A stretch of DNA of 41,419 bases. Source: Nemertoderma westbladi. Lineage: Eukaryota > Animalia > Xenacoelomorpha. Position numbers and translations under genes: made by a program. The stretch lies in assembly GCA_032718475.1 (NCBI GenBank), contig JAUCBJ010002347.1, positions 1-41,419 of the forward strand, read 5' to 3'. Each line of letters starts with the position of its first letter. Within the stretch, counting starts at the first letter, position 1. The notes under the pieces are model-generated. The model was not told where the DNA came from. It saw nothing but the letters and a program-made list of their open reading frames with translations, and ran no database searches. This document shows, in pieces, positions 34,230 to 41,419 of this stretch.

Positions 34230-35235
34230 CTCTGGTACTGTAAGAGTGTGTATCGCGTACTCTATTTAATTTTTGTTTTAGGTAATTGGGACATTTACCA
34301 TTATACATGGTTAAGGCGTAGCTGCTTAACTCTACTATCTAAGTTAAGTAGTCCAGATTCAGAAAAGTCATCTGGAGTGAGGATGTGTCTAGGTTTCTAG
34401 TATAAAAGAATAGCAGGCATATTCCATGTGACATGGTATTAAAGAAGAGTAAAGTAACTTGCGAGACTCTGTGTTTGAATTATTTGTATTTCTGTATAGA
34501 ATCTTAAGCCTACTGTTAACTTTCGAGAAGATATTTTCACTGTGCTTTCTCCAGATAAGCAGTTATCGAAATGTGGCGCCTAAATATTTAACTTCCTTTT
34601 TATTTTCTATCTTAACTCCACTACTAGTGACTTCAAACTTAATTACCTTCTTTAACTTTATTTTGGAACCAACAAAATACTTTCGGTCTTACCGTAGTGA
34701 ATGGATAGGTTAGGATAGGATCAACCAACCACTCATTACAGGATTCTAGAACTGCACTTAACTTTTGGGAAATATGTATAGGCATAGGATCTTTATGACA
34801 GAAAATAAGAGCATTGTCGTCGGCATATAAAATGAGTTTAAAATCGGGATCTATACTACTTATCATATCATTTACATAGCATACAAAAAGCAGAGGACCA
34901 GATATACTACCTTGCGGTACACCACAGGTAATCTCTTGTACAGTAGACAGCGATTTGCTAATGACTACAGTTTGACCTCTGTCTGACAGGTAGGACTTGA
35001 ACCAGTCTATAGAACCTATACCCATTGGGCCTATCTTACCAAGCAGAATTTCATGATCTACTTTATCGAAAGCCTTTTCTAGGTCCAACATTACCATACC
35101 AGTATATAAACAGTTTGCGTTATTACATCTAATAGTATCAGTTAAGTTAATAAGGCATGTGTCTGTAGAATATGATTTACGAAAACCGGACCGAAGCTCA
35201 TAGATCAGATTTAGCCTACTAAGATGTGCTTCCGG
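34230..35235 (-). mobile_element. CR1/L2-group LINE RT region
   Basis: SGFRKSYSTDTCL, LDLEKAFDKVDH, WFKSYLSDRGQ, GVPQGSISGPLLF, YADD and VKYLG. Confidence 0.9.
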
Positions 35236-35239
35236 GCTG

Positions 35240-36090
35240 TAGAAAAACAGAATGCTATGGACTCATAGTGGACCTAGTGGTCACAAGTCCCAGATAGACC
35301 ATATTCTGTTTCGTAGGAAATACAGGCGCTCAATACAAGACTGTAATGCATTTACATTTCGACCCTTCTCCAATGATCACCGCCTTATTGTGGCCAAGGT
35401 AAGACTTAGTCTGCTTGCTAGCAAAACAACGAAATCTGCCTTGCCGTGTCACGACTGGTCCTCTCTGTTGCAACAGCCAAGTGTGAGATCCAGCTTCACA
35501 TTACAGCTGAGCAACAGGTATGAGGTTCTTGCCTCTGAAGCGGCAGATCACTGCGAGGGCTATACTGCCTTCACAGAAGCAGTTAAGTTAGAAACTGTTA
35601 ATTAAGTAGTTAGTTAAGTTAGTTAAGTAAGCTGAAGAAACAGTTCCCGTATACCCTCGAAACAGGAAAAGGGCCCCCTGGAATCCCAGTCTGTACTACT
35701 CCTAGTCTATACTCCCAGATATTCCCATTGGCGATATCTCCTTTACAGAAGTGAAGGCTGCTGCAAAGAGCATTAAGACCAATCATGCCAGTGGAGTAGA
35801 TGGTGATCCCCCTTAGGTCTTTAAAATACCTGAGTGTTTAAAGCTCATCTATCCCATCATAGTAGACATGTACCGAACAACAAGAGTCCCACAAGAAATG
35901 AAAACAAATAAGTTGGTGCCAGTTCACAAGAAGGGCAATGTAACACTCTATGGTTCTTTTCGGGGAATCTCATTGATCTCGATTGCTGCAAATCTATACA
36001 ATATAATTCTATTAAATCGCATCAGGGATCCCATTGAGAGATAGCTCTGTGGAAATCAGAATGGGTTCCATAAAGGTCTTGGGACCATGG
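35240..36090 (+). mobile_element. RTE-clade LINE fragment (end of endonuclease to start of RT)
   Basis: LWTHSGPSG..QIDHIL..NDHRLIVAKVRL, NRYEVL, ASGVDG, LVPVHKKG..FRGISL and NQNGF. Confidence 0.85.
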
Positions 36091-36740
36091 ACCCCAAAAT
36101 CCATTGGAAAATATTTAAAATTGATCTAAGTACTATAAATAGCTGTTTTAGTCCTCTACGTAGGCAAAAAATGAAAAAAACAAGTAACCAGCACTTTTCA
36201 GTTTGTACACAAAATTTTTAATTTACTTATACGATTCTATAAATTCACATTTATAAGTATTCTGGGGTGTTGATTCTAATGGGGAATACATTTCTAATTT
36301 GCCAGATCATTGCTACACGTATTTTTCGGCGTAATATGGCAAATGTTGGTGCTAACACCAAATTTCGTACCATCACCAAAAAGAAATGTTTGAGATGTCC
36401 TGTTCTGTTTTTATTGATCTATTTATTGATCAATTTGCTTATTTTCAAAAATTTGGTGCTGGCTCAACAATTTTCACCACCGGCGAAAAATACAAGTTTG
36501 AAAACTCTTATGCAATTTTTACTTATTCCATTGAATTCAGAACCCTCACAAACCCGTATAATGCAAGAAACAGTGTGACACAATGAATTGATACATTTTA
36601 TGGTTTTCAGAATTTGTTACTAGCACCAAATTTTGCACCCACTTCCGAAAAATACAAGTTTAAGATGTCTAGTAGATAAGTATTTATTCCATTGAATTGT
36701 GACTGTGAAACTAACTATCTAACTATGTAAAATTACATAA
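36090..36740. mobile_element. Non-autonomous DNA transposon fragment, an inverted relative of 39546-40335
   Basis: Blocks such as GAATACATTTCTAAT..CCAGATCATTGCTAC and CACCAAATTTTGCACCCACTTCCGAAAAATACAAGTTT recur reverse-complemented near 40290-40330 and 39955-39990. Confidence 0.7.
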
Positions 36741-36744
36741 AATT

Positions 36745-37750
36745 GTATTTTCCAAATTTTGCAAAAAAATCTACATTTTTAGGGGGCCGATATAAGGTAC
36801 CGATTAAAATAGGTTTAGTTTTAGGAAGTAGAAGTCCCATCAGTAAAACTTCGTCGCAAGTCTCTAAATATTCCCTATGATTAAAAGCTAATTCACATCG
36901 AATGTAAATACAGACACCACCACCGTTTTTCTCCCTATCTTTACGTAAAACTAAGTAATTATCAATATAAAAATATCTCCTTCAGAAAGAAACACTATCA
37001 TCGAACAAGTTTCAGAGACTTGTAAAAGTGCCAGGTTGGATTTAGCAATTAAATTCGAATTTCGGAAACTTTTGGATGCAGAGATCGTGCGTTTAAATGC
37101 AAAAAATGCAAACCGTTTTTCTTAAAAAAAAGTTGAAAAGTTTCACTCTCAGCATCACTTGGAGTTTGCAAAGGCGATATGAGGAATGAATCATCAGTTT
37201 CTGATTCAAAAATAGTATCATGAAAGGGAAGGGAATACAGCTATTGCAGAGATAACTTGGGTCAAGATTGCTTCTGGTGGAGAATAAATTACTGATTTTC
37301 CTGCGGTAACATTTCAAATGTCCAAATATGTCACAACTCTCGCACTGGACGATCTTAGTCCGGAGTTGATCGTCGGTGTCCGAATGGGTACCGGGTTGGT
37401 CTCCAAATCCCCAGCCAGAGAGAGAAGATTAGATGTCTAGTTCTTGCAGAAGAATCCAAAGACCTTCTTCCCCGACGAGAACAGTAGAGGCTAAATCCGC
37501 TCGTCGACCACCTTTCCATTGATTCGTCGCAACAGCTCAACACGGTAGCGACAGGGTATTCCGCAAACCAGTCCAATATGGGTATCGGGTGGATTACAGG
37601 ATCCCGCGGTTTGGATGGTTCTGCCACCACGAAACGGCACAGTATGATGAAAATCGTGGAGATGAGATGCAGTGACATTGTGGGGGGGGGGGGGTCGTGA
37701 CCGCGACAGGGATCGACATGTCGCGCCTTACAAGCTTCTATCAGCATGAT
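36745..37750 (-). mobile_element. 5' part of a CR1/L2-group LINE: hydrophobic leader, 2A-like motif, PHD finger and APE endonuclease
   Basis: LAGDLETNPVP; QCESCDIFGHLKC..YLCNSCIPFPF; HLNARSL, VSET, RKDREKNGGGVCIYI and IGTLYRPP. Probably the same element as 34230-35235. Confidence 0.85.
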
Positions 37751-38544
37751 TTGGTACTTTCCTGGTGTTGATCAGGTATTTCTTTGTATGCTCATGTTTC
37801 TGTGACTGGGTGCAACTGCAAGCTGTCCATGTGCTGTAATTGATATCTTTTTTATCTCTCTTTTTACAACTAATAAGACATGCAAAATACACTGCAAACT
37901 ATTTATGGAATATTTACTTAACTTGCTTATCATAGTATACAGTCATGGAAAGGGAAATCATAATGCGAATCATGTCCGTTTAAATGAGGTGTAATTTTAT
38001 TCTTGTATATTAATCATTCATTAGTGTGTACCGCTGAATCTTGTCTATCTGCTACCTGGAACCATGAAGGCCGACCTCCGTTTTATTTTGTGTATTGTCC
38101 ATACTCTGTGCGATCGATCACTGAGGGACCAATAGCACCAAACCAGATTCGATTGCTAGACGCGTGACATGTATTCTTCATTTTCCGATCATAACGTGCG
38201 TTTTTTCACACCATAGGTAATGCTCGCGCTCTAATTATTGCTTTATTTAAGATAACTTTATTTAGGTGTTACACACATCAGAATCAAAGAGAAAATATAA
38301 CTACCATAAATAAAACCAAATATCAATAGTGTGGATGATGTACTGTATTAGCAGACAACATTGTTACGTCATGTTATTTAGCTACACAATTCTATTACAT
38401 TATGTACATTCAGTTTCATTGCTAACTGTATCTGTAAAGAACTAAGTTGGAGAATTGAAACGGTATTGAGCAGTAAATCTAATCAATATATATTTCCGTC
38501 TTATATATATTATTTATAGGGATATAAAAGACTTTATATGTTAG

Positions 38545-39330
38545 TGTGAGATTGAGATTGAGATTATTTATTGCACAATAAAATTTCGACGAAAATAGCG
38601 TAAATATACATACATACAGTTACATATAACACATAAGGCAATTAATTTTACATTTATTACATCTTTTTTAAAAAAAAAATTGCCATGCATAAAAAGTTAA
38701 AAAACCATCATAAAATTATTTTGTAGGTAACAAATATCATTTAGTATCAAATAACATTTAAATAAAGAACAAGCAGAGAATGTGTTACTATCTATATATG
38801 AGATAAAAAAATGTTCGTACTTAATAGGTTAAAAAAAAAAAAAAAATCATCGTAAATTTATAGTGCAGGGGATAGCCTCATGAGTTATTTAACTCGTTTT
38901 CATGGGGGTCCCCGAGAAAAAATATTGCAAATGTGTCATATGTAATCAATCCTTGATTTTAATTATTTACATGCTTGTGTGTAATGTAGCACTTTATATG
39001 ATTGTAGTTTTAGGTTCAGAGTAGTTTTATTCAGTAGCGGCAAATATCTACATCATTATATTCCAAAATTGAAAGCAACTTACTTAAACATGATCGCCAG
39101 GAATAATGTTCGCAAGCCCGTTAGTTCTTGGTACCTTAGTACATACACTTCTTAGATCCAGTTTCCATGTGCAGATGGTAAAGGAAGGTTTGTATTATGC
39201 AATACGTGCGTCCAAGAGACAGTTTTCTACAACTGATATTTGATTCAATAATCATGAATCACAACAACCAGTGCATAATTGGCTTACAGCACACACAACT
39301 GCATTGACTGTAGGCCAATTGTATGCATAT
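38545..39330 (-). mobile_element. CR1/L2-group LINE 3' end with (AATCTC)n tail
   Basis: (GAGATT)3 is followed by TTTATT (AATAAA on the minus strand). A 3'UTR hairpin lies at 38868-38912, after a decayed ORF2 C-terminus (VPRTN..FWN). Confidence 0.65.
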
Positions 39331-39545
39331 TATTGTCGTACGCCTATTAACATTGATTGACATTATTACCAACACTACTACTACATGTATACAGGTACTC
39401 ATTGATAATAGGGATTGGGCATCCTATGGTTTATTAACATTTCACAGCATTCTGGTGCATGCCTGGTGCCCTCTACACAATTCGATACAATATAATTTAT
39501 ATTACTGTAAAGTTATTGCATTCATTCTTGTCAATAAGTCCTTAA

Positions 39546-40335
39546 CCCTATTAAATCCAAGGGGGGGGGGGGTAAAAATGAAGCACCCCCCCCCCCCCCC
39601 GTGGTTTTTCAGTTATAATCCTGAAACAAACGCAGTTGGGAATCTGAAATTTTATGAAAATATGGACTTTTCCTAAAAATCGATTGTCTTCCTAATAGTG
39701 AAAACGTTTTTTAGAAATAATAAGAACTTTTCGAGTTATAGCACCATATTTTAACCCTCCTTTTGGCACTATTTTGAGACGTTTTTTGGAAATTCATTTT
39801 CATGAAATATGATTTATATCGCCTCTATTTCTGAGTTACTTTGAAAAGCCATCCAATATTTCAATTGAATGCGACAACTTATTTCTCGCATATTACAGGT
39901 TTACGGGGTTTCTGAATTCAATGGAATACCTGAAAATCTAACGAAACACACCCAAACTTGTATTTTTCGGAAGTGGGTGCAAAATTTGGTGCCAGAACCA
40001 AATTTTGAAATCCATCAAATATATCAATTGATTGTGTTATCTCTTTACTTGCGTTATACGGGTTATTGTTATCTTTTTACTTGCGTTATACGGGTTTTTG
40101 TTATCTTTTTACTTGCGTTATACGGGTTATTGACGGTTCTGAAGTTCTGAATTCAAAGGAATAAACAAAAATTGCATAAGCGTTCTCAAACTTGTATTTT
40201 TCTGCGGTGGTTGAAATTTTTTGTGCAAAATGTGTGTGAAATTTTGTGCTAGCAAGAAGAGAATTTGCCTATATATTGTGGATCAAATACGAGTAGCAAT
40301 GATCTGGAACATTAGAAATGTATTCCATTAGAGTC
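39546..40335. mobile_element. TTAA-flanked (piggyBac-like terminus) non-autonomous element, truncated
   Basis: TTAA|CCCTATT start, then a G-run/C-run pair and an internal ~31-bp tandem repeat at 40035-40130. Homologous to 36090-36740. Confidence 0.6.
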
Positions 40336-40690
40336 TTTTTTTTACATACGCCCCATGCGGGGCCAAACCAATAAACGATATAATTAGGAGGGTATTAACC
40401 GTGGATGTAACATTGACTATAGAGTAAGTAATACCTGAACCGTTGTCCGTGTAACAATATAATATGCCTAATATGTTGGTTGGATAACATCGAGATATTT
40501 GAGGTAAAGGCGGGAGCAAATAGGTAGTACTTATTTGAAAAGTCATCTTCTCTTTCTGTTCGTTTCTCGCGATAAGAGTTTAGGCTACCACAGAGCTATT
40601 AATGCTTGGATGAGTTTCCAGAATATCTTCGGTTAAGGTTGTACTGTTGGTAAGAAGGTACGTCAGAGTCGATCATGCATTAGTGGGTAA
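40335..40690 (-). mobile_element. Probable 3' end of a poly(A)-type non-LTR retrotransposon
   Basis: The minus strand ends with a GCCCCGCATGGGGC hairpin plus TATGT and an A-run, exactly where the neighbouring MITE homology stops. Confidence 0.4.
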
Positions 40691-41239
40691 AGTTTGAAAA
40701 TTGTTCACTACTTGAAATTTTGGTGCTGCGAATAAAATTCAATAGAATAAAAAATAAAATTTCCTCAAATGTCATATTTGATTTCTATGGACCACAGCAC
40801 GAAATTTAACATAGCCATTTAAATGGCTATGTTGTGTTGGATAGCCCATTAAATTTTTAGGGATAGTCACGAAGTATCTGTTTTTCCAACAAACCGGACT
40901 CATGATGAAGTTTGGGGTTTGCAATCAATTTCTGCAAATTGTTGTGCTCTGTGGTGGCAATTGGATGTCTCCACGAGAAAGAGCACAAAATTTTAATTGA
41001 GAAGATAATTTTTATGATTATTGGATCTACTGACCAGTTTATAAGACAACTTAAATTCTCCGGAACAATAATGATGGGACTATATTAAGTGACTCTGCGG
41101 TCTATGCGGGTTTACACGGAATAGACTTAATCGCTCATCGGAAATCTCCAAAAATGTATAATCTTCAGTTCTACAGTAGTAGTCGCTCATTTTATGCTCT
41201 TTCGAAAGCTCCTTTCTCAGAGTACAAAGCTACCATTTG

Positions 41240-41375
41240 ACTCCTCAGTATACCTCAATACGATCTCGAGACTACGGCAAAAGTTCATTTAGGGTAGCCG
41301 CTCCAACAATTTGGAATTCAATACCTCTTGCCACACGGTCTACTAATTCGATTTAACGTATTTAAAAGTATATAT
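41240..41375 (+). mobile_element. CR1/L2 ORF2 C-terminal fragment
   Basis: YGKSSFRVAAPTIWNSIP motif. Confidence 0.7.
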
Positions 41376-41419
41376 AGATCGGAGCCAGTATCTTCTACTC
41401 CAGATATCTCGAAAACTAA

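Overview
AT-rich eukaryotic DNA, most likely from an invertebrate animal. It is almost entirely nested, decayed transposable elements. I found no intact host gene, rRNA, CRISPR array or functional tRNA. From left to right: (1) a broken DUF6589-like gene with a D..D..H..E signature, split by a 1.1-kb foldback-type MITE; (2) a ~5.5-kb P-element with a THAP transposase pseudogene, carrying a 250-bp Helitron and a 298-bp insert; (3) hATm-like, PHD-like and CR1-like fragments plus a tRNA-derived head; (4) a probable Harbinger element whose two convergent genes are separated by a complete 10-kb Ty3/Gypsy provirus (LTRs ~98% identical, ACAT TSD), which itself holds an ISL2EU derivative and an internally deleted RTE-X-like LINE; (5) a CR1/L2-group LINE with a degenerate 2A (StopGo) motif, interrupted by an RTE fragment and a MITE; (6) further LINE 3' ends. 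The best candidates for something new are the DUF6589-like putative transposase, TA-GGCC-TA footprint-like scars, the signal-peptide/2A/PHD leader, and a covarying LINE 3'UTR hairpin. All family calls come from recognising motifs by eye, not from database searches.
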